Source: Microthyrium microscopicum (lineage: Eukaryota). From it: 64,000 bases of DNA. A program made the position numbers and the translations under genes. The first letter of the stretch is position 1. Every line of letters begins with the position of its first letter. Below the pieces are notes generated by a model. The model made no database searches. It saw nothing but the letters and a program-made list of their open reading frames with translations, and was not told the DNA's origin. The stretch is taken from positions 1,378,538 to 1,442,537 of the forward strand of contig MU004235.1 of assembly GCA_010405405.1 (NCBI GenBank), written 5' to 3'. Shown here one piece after another: positions 24,501 through 37,210 of this stretch.

Positions 24501-26658
24501 TCTCGCAAGACTATCGAAAACAATGCGAGAACAAGCCCTTCCCGAACCAGAGCTCAAACGCGTCGAGCTACTCATTATGGGGGTATTTGGCTTTGCTCAG
24601 AAGCGCCGTGAAGAGTATCACCTCCTCAAATTTATCTCCAGAGCAATCAAGGAGGAAATCGACTCTTGCGATCATCTGGAAGATTACCTTCGTGGTCAAA
24701 AAACCTTTTTCTGGTCTCGAATATTGGGCAGCTACGTCCGCTCTCCTAGAGATCGCAAGTATCTACGAGATCTTCTTTCGCCGCTCGTTAAGGAAGACAT
24801 CATGGACAATGACGATCTCGACCTGGAAAGCGATCCAATGCAAATCTATCGCTCCGCAATCAACAATGAAGAGCTGCGCACAGGCCAGCGAAGCAGACGA
24901 CCGGCGGATATTCAACGCGAGGAAGCAATTCGCGATCCAGAGACTCGAGGAACCTTTATTAGACATTTGCAGGATCTCCGAGACATTGCTGATCATTTTT
25001 TCGTATCTCTTGAGGATACACTCATCAAGATGCCTTACGGTATACGATTTGTTGCCCAGCAGACTTACCAAATGTTGTGTCGGAAATTCCCTCAAGAAGC
25101 ACCGGAGCATCTTCTATCAGTGGTGGGCAATTGGCTTTGGAAAGCATACATTTTGCCTGCTCTATTAGACCCAGACACATGGGGAGTCATTGATCGAGGA
25201 CTCTCACCTATGCAAAAGCGTAACTTGCGTGAGGTCTCCAAAGTCGTAGGTCAAATTGCCGCCGGCCGCCTGTTTGATAGAGAAAACGTTTATCTGCAAC
25301 CAATTAATCCTTACATCTCGGAAGCTCTAGGGCGTATCTATGAGATCTGGGAGCACTGTAAGTGTCTGCTTTTTGTAATGTCCGACAATTGACTAACCTT
25401 TGCTAGTGGTTGAGATCAAACCTGCTGAAGAGCACTTTGATATTGATGAATTCAATGATCTTTACTCACGGACAAAACCGACTCTTTATATGAAGCTACC
25501 TGACATCTTCGCCGTCCATCAGCTGGTTGCTCAAGACTTGCCAACTATTTGTCCCGATCACAATGATATCCTTAGAGAGGTAGTCCGTGAGCTCGGAAGT
25601 GCAAAGAACAACGAGAACGACATGATGCACGTCAGCACAACCGAAATCACTCTAACTCTCAATCCCAAGTTCCATGATATGGAAGGTAGGTTATGCCCAC
25701 TCGAAGCATACGAACCTTGCTAACCGGTTTGTTAGATCCTGATGCAGCAGTTAAATCACTATTCATGGAAACCAAGCGCTGCGTCCTCTACATAATTCGT
25801 GTCCAAACCGGCCAAAATCTCCTCGACATCATGGTCCGGCCCATAACCCACGCCGATGAGCAAAAGTGGTCCGATCTAGTCCATGACGAACTCCGCCAAC
25901 AAAATCAAGACCCCAAAAACAAAAACCCCTACCAAGACTCCTCCTCCCTCATCGACATCTCCTCTCTCTCCTACAAGGAGCTCAAACGCACCACCCTCGA
26001 AAACATCATCACCCTCGAACGCACCGGCCGCATCTCCAGAGCCAACCACTACCAAGACATCCTCAACGAAATCGCCCTTGATATCCGCTCTAAACATCGC
26101 CGCCGAATTCAACGCTCCCGGGAAATGGACAACTCCCGCGCCACAATGTCCGCCCTGGAGCAAAAACAAGTCTGGCTCCGCTCCCAGCTAAAATCCTACA
26201 ACGATTACATCGAGCAAGCAATGGTAACCCTCCAACAAAAAGCCAAAGGCAAAAAACGCTTCCTCATGCCCTTCACGAAACAATACAATCATGAGCGCGA
26301 ACTAGCTCGCAACGGGCGCATACCCAAATTCGGCTCCTTCAAGTACTCTGCTCGCAATCTCGCGGACAAGGGCGTGCTAGTCGGCTGGCGTGGCTTTGAC
26401 ATGCGTCAATGGGACAAGATTAATATTACTGTCTCCTCTGACGAAGTCGGCATGTTCCACGTCGAAGGGTCCGCGGACAAGATGATGATTCCTGGCGCGA
26501 GTGCTAGTGTGGCGCTGGATGGACTTTTACAGGCGCAGTTTAATAATCTGCACTTTATTTGTCTATTCGGCGATGAAGGGACGGGCGAGGGGCCGTTGAA
26601 ACTTAATGTTAATTTGCTGGTGCATTTGCTTATGAAGAAGTTTTATAGCCAGCCGTAG
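21598..26658 (+). CDS. IQG1: IQGAP-family cytokinesis scaffold (CH domain, IQ repeats, RasGAP-related and RasGAP_C domains)
   Basis: AYEYLCHIGEAKEWIE...LRNGIILA (CH domain), many IQ-like motifs (LQAAARGYLAR, VQSFIRGK), and the C-terminal region. Introns 25358-25406 and 25686-25735. Confidence 0.95.
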
Positions 26659-27009
26659 TTATGCGGTAGGGAGAGGCTTGGTCGTTGTCGCGATAGGGGC
26701 GGTGTTTATGACTTTGTCGGGACCCTGTTGAAGGGGAATATGGCGTTGTTTTATTGTATGGGCATACATTCTGCATGATACCAACTACTGAATAAAGTTT
26801 ATAGCGTTTTGACTTCATTTTGTGTTCTTTCCATTTGTCGTGAACACCTGAAGTTGCGCGATCTCCAAAATATCAAACGAAATCGCGAGATCACGTGCTT
26901 CATTTTTATGTCAAGAACTTCCCACCTCAATTCTCACGATCTTCATCATTTTCACCAGGCTACCCAGACATTTAGTCCATCGTTTCTCGGAGCGAGAACA
27001 ACAGTAAAG

Positions 27010-28361
27010 ATGGTCAACATAACGGAGAAGATCAAGGAGTTCGTTTCTCCACCATCACATAAAGACCTAGCTTTGACGCTAACATCATCACAGGATCGAG
27101 TCGGAGATGGCAAGGACGCAAAGTAACCAACTCATATCAAATCACTCAACTTAACTCTAACGCCTCCAACAGAAAACAAGGCTACAGAACACCATCTCGG
27201 CCTCCTAAAAGGCAAACTCGCCCGCCTACGCGTCCAACTCCTCGAACCCGGACCCGGCGGCGCAGGATCCGCCGGCACAGGTTTCGACGTCTCCAAAGCG
27301 GGCGACGCCCGCATGGCGCTCGTCGGTTTCCCTTCCGTCGGCAAATCGACCTTTCTCTCAAAAATCACAAAAACGAAAAGCAGTGTGGCGGCATATGCAT
27401 TTACGACGTTGACGGCGATTCCGGGTGTGCTCGAGTATCAGGGGGCGGAAATCCAAGTGCTGGATCTGCCGGGGATTATCGAGGGCGCGAGTGAGGGAAA
27501 GGGGCGCGGGAGACAGGTTATTAGTGCGGCGAAGACTAGTGATTTGATTGTGATGATTTTGGATGCGACGAAGAGGGCGGAGCAGAGGGCGTTGTTGGAG
27601 AGTGAGTTGGAGGCGGTGGGCATTAGGTTGAATCGGGAGTCGCCGTAAGTTTTACTTGAGATGATATAGAAAAGTGGCTGACTGGTGAAGGAATATTTAT
27701 CTCAAGGCTAAAAAGGCTGGCGGGATGAAGATTAGCTTTGCTAGTCCGCCTAATATTCTCGATGAGAAGATGGTTTATAACATCTTAAAAGATTACAAGA
27801 TGCTTAATTGCGAGGTCTTGTTTCGAGATGAAAACGCGACGGTTGATGATCTAATCGATGTTATCATGAAGGATCATCGAAAGTATATTCGATGGTATGT
27901 TATTCTCGTATCATTGTTTATTTGGCTAACCAGAATAGTCTTTACGTTTACAATAAGATTGATAGTGTCAGTGTCGAGTTTCTAGATAAGCTTGCTAGAG
28001 AGCCTCATACGGCGGTAATGAGTTGCGAGATGGACTTGGGAGTCCAGGATGTGGTGGACAAGTGCTGGGATTACCTTCAGTTGAACAGAATATACACGAA
28101 AAGGTATATTAATCGTGTTGAGGGAATAAGAACTACTGCTGACAACGCCACAGAAAAGGAATAGCTCCAGACTTTTCTGAAGCTTTGATTGTTCGAAAAG
28201 ACGCTACCATCGAGGATGTATGCGATCAGATTCATCGCACACTAAAAGAGCATTTCAGATATGCTTTAGTCTGGGGCGCGAGTGCAAGACATGTACCGCA
28301 AAGAGTTGGACTTACCCATACCGTGGCAGATGAAGATGTGGTCTCGATAGTTTCCAAATAA
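27010..28361 (+). CDS. RBG2: Developmentally regulated GTP-binding protein 2 (DRG2/Rbg2)
   Basis: [33 protein letters not shown]1 [27 protein letters not shown] and a C-terminal TGS domain. Introns 27039-27093, 27123-27172, 27645-27690, 27895-27938, 28104-28153. Confidence 0.93.
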
Positions 28362-28847
28362 AGGTAGAGAAACCATTCACATATCGTCTTGGCCATTTCG
28401 GTCAAATAGGCCAAGCTACGACAAGCACGACGAAATGAATTCCATACGCATCTCTGATATCACTTAGGGTATACATAGCCTTGGAGTGCGTCGTGTCCCT
28501 GGGTCAATGCTGTCGATTTCATATACTCGAACCCTGACAGACACGCCAAAGACAAGGCAACCAATATATTTTAAACCAGTCGTAGATTAAATCTGACCTT
28601 CTTCAACGTAATGCAACCAGGAAACACAGATCTATGATCTACGACACGGCCTCTCCCTATCATCAACTTTCGGAGCTCTTAGGCCGCTAATACGAACATC
28701 ATACATCTACTACACCTAGCGTTGTTGATATCGTATTACTTCCGCGTCTTCCGCTTGTCAATGAGCAAGTACCTCAAAATCATGGGATTTAGCAGTTCTG
28801 GCCTTACACTACATTGTGTCAACAAACACCAAGTATAGGCCGTCTAG

Positions 28848-30216
28848 ATGTCGACACTAGGATGCGATGAAAACCACCTTCTGTGTTCAGTTCTGAATAC
28901 AACGACACTTGCCTCAACTTCATTCTGTATACATGCACATCAATTTACCTGCGGTCTATATCCACAATGCGAGTGTCCAAGAATCACCGCCGATCCGGAT
29001 ATCGCTGGGAGGGGGGTAAGAATGACAATCCAGATGTCGTCAAAGCTTCAACTCACAATACACAGATGATACTGGCCTTTGTCGCTTCAGCCGCTTTAGT
29101 TCTCGTCATATCCATGATATGTCTCATCCTCCACCCGTCCAACAGGCATAGATGCGCCAATCCCTTCGATCGCTTCTTTCGCACCTATCTCTGCCTCCCC
29201 ATCCAACGCCGCATTGGTTTCGAAAAAGCAGAAAACTGGGCGTCTTCCATATTTGCCATGGTAATAACCATCAGCGACCAGCAGTCCATCACCGGCATCG
29301 CCATACTCGCTGCAGCCATCCACTCGCTTGCCGTACGCTCCATCACGGTGTACCACTTCAATATCGTGACGGACATGGGCTGGTTCAGCTCCAACATACA
29401 CCTGCTCTCGCTGTGCGTCATGCGCCACTTCCTAGATGCTAGAGGGACGGACTTCATCTCGGAACTCAAGGCGGTCGGCGTTATTCCAAGAACACTTCGC
29501 ATCCTGTCCATGTTAACGCTAGCAGTACTTCTACTACGCTGCGTAACAGTCTCCGGCTACGAACTCTGGAACGACAAACAAAACTGCCCAGCAACATGCG
29601 TCACCGGCGGAAAGCGCGCAGGCTGGCCATTCAAGCAGATGATAGTAACTTACGTCTTCGTCATCCAAAGCTACAGCGTACAAATAATACGCGTCATACC
29701 GCCCATAGTACGAGCCTGGAATACGTCCTGCCAGCCATGGGTTCAAAGCTTCGATCAGTCAATGGCAGGTAGAGTCTACGGAAGAAAGGGGCTGAGTGTG
29801 CTGTATTCTGTGTCGAGAGACTTGGTGATGCTGGTGTTTTACTTCTTCACGTCAGATTTTGAGTTTATGCTGGAGATGGTGGCGTGGTTTGTGCTTGGGT
29901 TGTATTGGACGTTTACAGACCGGCTGAGTGGGCATAAGAATATGGATCATGATGATGTTGTCAAGGAGAATCAGGTGGGTTTTGGGCAATTGGTGCCGAT
30001 CTTGCTGTTGGCGTTGGCTGGATTGGCTATGATGGAGGCATATTCTTGTGAGTTTGAAGTGCCGATTCTTTTAGTCTTACTGACATTGATCTAGATCGAC
30101 CATCCAGGCAGCAGATGCTGAAGAAACGAGAACCTTCCATCTCCTCTATCGAAATTGAGGATATCAATTTGAAAAGCTTCGAAGCTCAGCATGAAGCTCG
30201 ACCTTCAGGAACTTGA
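28848..30216 (+). CDS. Fungal-specific multi-pass (~7-8 TM) membrane protein of unknown function
   Basis: Exons 28848-29015, 29066-30047 and 30095-30216. Motifs DPDIAGRG|MILAF, SDQQSITGIAIL, YHFNIVTDMGWFSS and GFGQLVPILLL recall a widespread uncharacterised Pezizomycotina family. The start codon is uncertain. Confidence 0.75.
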
Positions 30217-31676
30217 AGACCTAGGCATTCATCACAAGTTCAGTAGCAAACTTCAACAACGACGAGCCGAGTCCCTCGTCCAAATGGAGCTCTTCCGACA
30301 GGACTTTCGCCTTGTATAGCGGAAACCCGAGCTCCCATTGCTTTCCGCGTATCACTGGGCTCTGCATTTCGCTCAGGAAAGACGAAGCACTCGATGTCGA
30401 AACGAGGTGACTGGTAAACATCATACTCGAACAGGCTGGGCAGCTCAGTCGTTCTTCTTTTGATAGTCATGATCGCATGATATCAAAGTAGAACTCAACC
30501 AGCTTTTTGGCAGTTGACTTCACACACATTGCTAGCAAGGGACACAATTGGTCCTCTACAAGCACGTTCGGTCGAATGAAAGGTCTCAAAGCGAGGACTT
30601 ATTAGCCTCCAGTAAAAGGACTCGGTGGTGAAGCTCGAAACCGTGCAAAATTGGCCAGGACCCGGGCTATACCTTCACAAAAAGTCTCCGAGAAACCGTC
30701 TTCGAAGACAGATGAGGTCTCGCATAGTGCTAGTCATGGAATCTATACAGAATTATCTCCGTGCAACTTGTTGGATACCTTTCGGAATTCTGATAGAGTT
30801 GTATGATTATTAGAACAGATGTATCAATACTAAACGGATGTCAGAATGCCTGCACCCAGTTCACCTAAGCGAGTTCACGCATACTTCTCGCAAGCTCAAC
30901 AACCAAGTGCAAATTCAAGGGAAAAATCAATTTGTCAAACAAAAAGTAATGGCCACAAGGCTAATTGAAGTTGATCCAAACGCCACATCGTCATGACCGA
31001 ACGAAAGAAGATGTGATTGTGGATCCTCCAACAACATCTCCAGATCCCCACGTTGTTGGCGACATGTTCTTCATGTTCTTTCCGATCAATCAAATACCGC
31101 GATTTAAACACGCTGTAGCCATGCATCCTGCAGTATCCAACCTCGGTCTAGATTGAGTAGAGGTGGAGGGTCCTTCTGCAAATGCAGATCCTGTTGAAAG
31201 CTCCAGCTCCCCTGCAACTTCACTTGATCCTCTCCATCTCCAATGCTCCATCAAGTTCTGGCCTTCCATGCTGACAATCCACGCAGCTCAAGCCGACAAA
31301 CGCTACACAAACGCAGTCAAGCTTTACCTTGGCATATGTACCTACCTGGCCCCCGGTTCCAGTTACGAGGCTTATTATCATCCCGCGCCCATCATGGAGG
31401 TAGCATGTCCAATTGGGGGCTCTTCATTGGAGAGAGCGCTTGAGAAGCAGTGTAAAATGTCCCGTTCTTGGAGGCAACTCTGAATTGACCACCGAAAATT
31501 CAAGCTTGATGCAGAATTGAGAAAGAGACCTGCAGGTATGCGACCTCGCCTGGAGCTTTGCTAGGCAGTTGTGTAGAGGAGCTACAAATTCAAGGTCGAC
31601 CCCGGATTCCTTGCAATGATCCTCTTAATTTGGAAGCTTGTCTTTAAGCTAGAATATATTCTTTTGGCACGAGAGA

Positions 31677-33777
31677 ATGGGTTATTCAACTAGGTTGTTG
31701 ACTGCCCTTTTGGGCTTGTTGTCAAGTGCCTCCATTGTCGAAGCAGTCTATCACCAAAACCTGAATTATCGAAGTCCTTCAGAGAACCATCCGTCTCTAG
31801 GAATATCAATTCGCAAAGTTGTCAAGCGAAATGACGTGTCAAAGGCATACACTCCTTCCCAGCTGAACTTTACTCACGGAATTGCCTCTGGAGGTTCGTC
31901 TTGAGAGATTTCTCGAAAAGTAAATATTGACACAGACTAGACCCATATCCCAACTCCGTTATCCTATGGACTCGCGTGGCTCCCATGGTGGACAATGACA
32001 AGAGTAATGCAACTGTTTCTGGAATCTCTCCTCTTTACGGTCACGTAGATCAAGACACTATCAAAGCCTCACAGGCACCGATTTGTGTCAGCTGGAAAGT
32101 CGCCTCGGATAATGCTCTCTCCAAAGTGGTATCATCCGGCCAAGCTTATACAAGCTCTGATGTTGACTTCACCGTCAAAGTCGAAGCTGACAAACTCTCA
32201 CCTTATACGCAGTACTGGTATCAATTCTCTGTATGCAATAGCAACGTATCCAGCATTGTCGGGAAGACGAAGACTACTCCTTCTGCAAATGATGATTTAG
32301 CATCTGTCAACCTTGCCATTTACTCCTGCTGTAAGTTCAGCTTGAAGTTGTCGAATAGTGCGTACTAAATCCTGCAGCCAATTATCCTTTCGGCTACTTC
32401 AACGCCTATGGCAACCCTGCTCGCAAAAGCAGCGTGGATTATGTAATTCATCTTGGAGACTACATCTATGAATACAAGAACGGAGACTATGGCTGGGGCC
32501 AGACAATTCAGAGAATTCCATTGCCTGATCGAGAAATCTACACGTTGTACGACTACCGCAAGCGCCATGCCACTTACCGCGGGGATCTAGATCTGCAGCT
32601 CAGCACCCAGACCTATCCATGGATTCCCGTCTGGGACGACCATGAAGTCTCTGATAATACATATCGCGATGGTGCCAGCGAGTTAAACAACACTGAAGCT
32701 TCTTTCATCGAAGATGGAGGTGTTAGCGTTGATCAACGAAAGATGAATGCCGTGCGAGCATACTACGAGTGGATGCCGATTCGTCAGGTCGATATGGACG
32801 ATAACCTTCGGATCTGGAGGTCATTCAGCCTGGGCAATTTGGTTGACTTGCTTATGCTTGATACGAGACACTACGATCGATCGATCACTGATCTGTACTG
32901 GAACACGGACTACGTGAGTATTTCTCTGAAACCCTGGGATCCCATATTGAGGATCATTCACTGACTTTTACAGGTTCATGGGATCTCGAATGATGCTGGT
33001 CGATCAATGATGGGTTCCCGTCAAGAAAACTGGTTTTACAGAAACCTAGTTTCTTCGAAGCAAAGAGGTGCTACATGGCGACTGATCGGCAGTCAAACAG
33101 TCTTCTCCCGTCTCAACGAAAGTCTAGCATATGGAGATGAAGACCCACTTGACTACGATGCTTGGGACGGTTACATGGCCAACAAGAATCGAACACTCAA
33201 GACACTCTACGACAATAATATTGGCAACAACATCCTGCTCTCAGGTGACTCCCATGCCAGCTGGGTAGCAGACCTAGTCTGGCTAGACGAAAAGCCATAC
33301 GATCCATCCACTGGCGCAGGCAGTATCGGTGTCGAATTCGGAGGTTCCGCAGTAACCTCTCCATGTCCCGCCGGAGCAAACATCACACTCGCTGCCGCCA
33401 ACAACTATTCATCATGGCTGGTTGGTGCTAATCGCGAGTTGCAATACAGCGATTTGTATTATCGTGGATACTACGAACTCCATATTACCAAAGACCAGGT
33501 TCTTGCCAATTATTTCGGCATGCCGACAATCGTTACACGTAATCCCTATGAGATTCCAATCGCAAACTTCACAGTCAAATCTGGCGAGAATAAGATTCAA
33601 CGGCCAGTTGGAGGAGGAACTGTGTTCAGTGGCGCATTGAAGACTGGAACAACTAAGATTCAAAACATCAGTGAGTACTTCACCCTCTCCCAAGGTACAG
33701 ATGCTGACAGGAGAATAGCACATAATACTATCAACAATACCTGGCTTGTTACCAATTTCAATATGTCTGTGCTCTAG
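31677..33777 (+). CDS. phoD: Secreted PhoD-family alkaline phosphatase/phosphodiesterase
   Basis: Signal peptide, FTHGIASG|DPYPNSVILWTR, SC|SNYPFGYFNAY, HLGDYIYEY, WDDHEV, LDTRHYDR, DAWDGY, SGDSHASW. Introns 31894-31940, 32331-32377, 32914-32973, 33671-33718. Confidence 0.93.
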
Positions 33778-34188
33778 GTTGTCAAGATAGATAATACTCG
33801 TGGTCGTGGTCAAAAGTGGTGTTATGATGGATATAATTTATAGTGTCAATTCCCAGGAAGTCCAAAAATATCAAAGTGCATGTCACGAAACAACAATTTT
33901 CGCTTTCGTTCCCTTGATAGCCGGCTCATCTTTGAATCTGTTATCACGCTTACACTAGCCAACTGAGAAGTCAGGTAGCCATCAGATTATCTACAACAAT
34001 CTTTCGGTAATATAGCATGTAATAGCAAACACAATACAGCGGTAACGAAGTCAGTCCCTCAGCCTGGAAGTAATGTATTATTTACTAGCATATCAGAGCA
34101 ACCGATCGAGATATCATTCGGTAGATTATACAGCGCCTCCATGACCAACAAAAGAACTTATGCGAAGAGCCCGAGATTTCGTTCATCC

Positions 34189-34623
34189 TCATCTTTGGCT
34201 GTTCTCATGCTCAAGCTCAGCCCCGTCAATTTCAACACTCTTCCCCTCCGTTTCAATGACAGTTTCCACACCCTTGATCTCAGCCTTCACGACAGCCTGC
34301 TCGACTTGCTCCGCCTTCATCTTCTCCTTCTCTGAAGCAAGAGGCGAGTGTCCATCGAAATAGGTCTGTGCTTCAGCCTTGATGACCTCCTTCAATTCAT
34401 CGTCGTCCTGGGTGTAGGCGTCGGTATACATTTCGTGAAGCAGGCGAGCTTGGTCGAGAAGGTCTGCTTGTTCTGGGTCTGGGTCCCGATCGAAGAGGGA
34501 GCGCAAGGCTGCGACTAGTATCTTCTGCTGTTGTGGTTTTGGTGTGGTCAAAAGCTGGAGGTCGCTGGTGGGATGTTGCTCGACTGTTTGGGGTTCGCTT
34601 GGTGTTTTTGGAGTGGAAGACAT
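34189..34623 (-). CDS. Small acidic hypothetical protein (144 aa)
   Basis: Single-exon ORF MSSTPKTPSEPQ... with coding-like composition, an AAAGATG start context and a TATA-like element upstream. No recognised family. Confidence 0.55.
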   Translation of the reverse strand: MSSTPKTPSEPQTVEQHPTSDLQLLTTPKPQQQKILVAALRSLFDRDPDPEQADLLDQARLLHEMYTDAYTQDDDELKEVIKAEAQTYFDGHSPLASEKEKMKAEQVEQAVVKAEIKGVETVIETEGKSVEIDGAELEHENSQR

Positions 34624-34979
34624 CTTTGTGGAGAGGCTAGTGGGTTGTTGAGAGGTTGGTATAGAAGCAGATGAAGTTTTATGGCGGTAGACGGTGCTCT
34701 GCTTACTGGGGGTTGTTGGAGGTTGTATGATTGTGAGAAGGGCGCTGAATATATATGAAGAGACTCTGAGATAAATAACAACAAGTAGTTTCATTCACCA
34801 TTCCCAGCCTCAAAGCGATTGCTGGCCTTATTCATTGAGGTCTACAAGTGAACATGCCACTGATGACTCTCACTGATTGAGACGAAACCTGAGACTGGTG
34901 CTAAAGCTCCAACTTGTGCTATATAGTATTTCTATCAAGGTTGAGAGTTTGACAACCTCATCCATGGCCTTTCTCTCCA

Positions 34980-35234
34980 TCAACGCAATCGTTCATCGCA
35001 TGCCCAACACCAACACCAAGTCCCAAGATTCCCTGGCTCAATCGTCCGACCCACCTTCTTAGCCTCCACATCTTTCCCAACACCAACACTACCTGCTTCA
35101 ACCTGGAGCTTCTTTGCGTCGACCTCCTTGTCCGACGTAGTTGACAAGCCTCCCTCAAAGGTGCCCGCCTTTCTTGTCTGTGGAGAGGATTTATCCATTC
35201 GAGGCTCGCTCGTCGGTATTTGACTGGTAGACAT
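34980..35234 (-). CDS. Possible small orphan protein (84 aa) ending WCWCWACDERLR
   Basis: ATG-started ORF with hydrophilic, coding-like composition. No recognised homology. Confidence 0.3.
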   Translation of the reverse strand: MSTSQIPTSEPRMDKSSPQTRKAGTFEGGLSTTSDKEVDAKKLQVEAGSVGVGKDVEAKKVGRTIEPGNLGTWCWCWACDERLR

Positions 35235-35696
35235 GTTCGAAGGGAAATAGCTTAATTCTTCAGAAACTTTCAAGTCAGATGGAAGCTTTGATGGATTATA
35301 GCGACTTGGATGGGAGATGGGTGCTTTTTGAGTGGTAATCGTGTCATTGGCATCGTAGCCAGTTGGAGCGATATGGGCGTTTGATAGAATTGTGTGACGG
35401 TGTTAACGCGATCGTGATTGACGTTGGAAAGCAATATTTTGAAAAATTTGCGTACGCTGGGCATCAATCTTTTTGTCATCCGCTTCAGATTAGAAGTACC
35501 TAGCTGAAGCTGCATTGACTACTCCAGGCTTCACAATGATCTGTACATTCTCAAAATCACTCTCTGGGCGAAAAAGCGCATGTTACCTGCGGTATTTGAC
35601 CATAAAACGCAGCTTAATACAAAACTCTGTAAGGCAATTATATAGTGTAATCACGACATGCGTTGGCTAGAAGGAGAGCCCCGGTACTTTCATACA

Positions 35697-36785
35697 TCAG
35701 TATGGAAGAGACTTTGACCTGTCCCAGCTCTTCCCTAATAGCCATGCCATTCCGTCCAAAGTCTTCACCTTGATCTCCTCAGCATGAGCCTCTGGAAGTG
35801 GAAGAGAAACCCAAGCGGCATGATCATATCCCATCAAAACATCAATCTTGGTCTCGCAAACACCACCATCCTCGAGTATCTTCTGATAGATCACCCCGTC
35901 GTCTCGTAGGATATCCAACTCGCCGCACTGGACGTACACTTTTGCTGGATGTTCATCCCGAAGGGCCGCCAAATCCAAGTTCACTGGTGAATACCAGGGT
36001 GACTTGACATCAGCTCGCAGTCGTGATTCTGAATTTCTCAGCGTCTCAGTAGTGATCAGCGGTGCGTTGGCATTCCCTTGTCTCGAGCGGAATGCTGCGG
36101 CATATTTTGTGGGCACAATCTCTTCAGAGAGCAATTTTGGAATCGAGGCGAACAGCCCCGTGATGCGTGGTCCCATCTTCGGCAAAGAAGCACTCAAGTC
36201 TTCTCGGCCAGATCGTCTGGCCGCAGCAATGCCAGCAATGACTGCAGCAATGTTCGCGCCCGCGCTTGTGCCGGCCAAAACAAAGCCCAGTGTTGGATCA
36301 ACTTGTACTCCAGTATTGTTCAGAGGCCCAGAGTTGAGATTCTCCGGCGATGACAGCCAAGCAATGCTTTCCCAAGCGCTATGGACGCCAGCCGGGAAAG
36401 GATGCTCTGGAGCCAGTTTGTATGATGGGCAAGCGACGACAGCGCCCAAAAGCTCGGCGAAGGCTCGTGCTGGAGAGAGCACGAAGGCGGGCGTGCCGTA
36501 TGAGAAGCTTCCTCCATGGATATAAACGATGAGAGGGCATTTAGTGGGTGCCGGGCTTTCTGTTTGTGCTTGGGATGGATGGACCAAGATGGTGTGACTC
36601 TTGAAGCCATCAGCGAGAGGAATATCGATAGTTGTCTGGCGTAGGTAAGGAGGACAGGGTCCTAAAGTAGCGGTGTCTGTCAATTCCATATCACAGGTGA
36701 ACTTGCGACGCGCTTCTATCCCTTCGGAGGTTGCCTCATCTGGAAATTGAGGCAGGAAAGTTGAAGTTGAAGCGTTTTCAGACAT
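35697..36785 (-). CDS. Alpha/beta hydrolase, HSL/GDXG-type esterase-lipase
   Basis: IVYIHGGSF, YKLAPEHPFPAG, nucleophile motif GTSAGAN, GELDILRDDG, GYDHAAW. Intronless. Confidence 0.9.
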   Translation of the reverse strand: MSENASTSTFLPQFPDEATSEGIEARRKFTCDMELTDTATLGPCPPYLRQTTIDIPLADGFKSHTILVHPSQAQTESPAPTKCPLIVYIHGGSFSYGTPAFVLSPARAFAELLGAVVACPSYKLAPEHPFPAGVHSAWESIAWLSSPENLNSGPLNNTGVQVDPTLGFVLAGTSAGANIAAVIAGIAAARRSGREDLSASLPKMGPRITGLFASIPKLLSEEIVPTKYAAAFRSRQGNANAPLITTETLRNSESRLRADVKSPWYSPVNLDLAALRDEHPAKVYVQCGELDILRDDGVIYQKILEDGGVCETKIDVLMGYDHAAWVSLPLPEAHAEEIKVKTLDGMAWLLGKSWDRSKSLPY

Positions 36786-37210
36786 GATGGAAATGGTTGA
36801 AAGCACTGCGAAGTGAGCAACACTGGCAGTTCACCGGTTTTTATAGATAATTGTTAGCATTGTAGTCCAGCCGATCTCCTGCAGTTAGCTCGATAATCAA
36901 TTACGTACGTTCAACGATTTTCTCCAGGAAGAGCCTCCATCAAAGTCAAATAAACTTGAGGAATATCAGATATCCTGACCGTTTAGGACTAGCGCAGTCT
37001 CAACTTACGCTACATCCAATCACCCTTCATCCTTTCTTACCTAGCCTGCTTACAGCCAGGCCTTTTCGATTTGCAAGATATCAACCGATTCTCCGTACTT
37101 CCGTATCCTCTTTACTACAATACGTTGCGGGAGACGCATACCGTCCATCCCTGGTTGAAACATGCGCAGTTATTCCCATCAAAGATGCTCTGTCAGCGGA
37201 TACAAGAGCA

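Noticed and set aside
30221..31483. Short ORFs between the membrane-protein gene and phoD, plus CACGTT sites at ~30563 and 31049
   Set aside because: No recognisable family or consistent splice model. Two distant hexamers are within chance expectation for Pho4-type sites.
33671..33718. Stop-free 48-nt last intron in phoD
   Set aside because: It has strong canonical signals and lies near the C-terminus, with no evidence of regulated retention.
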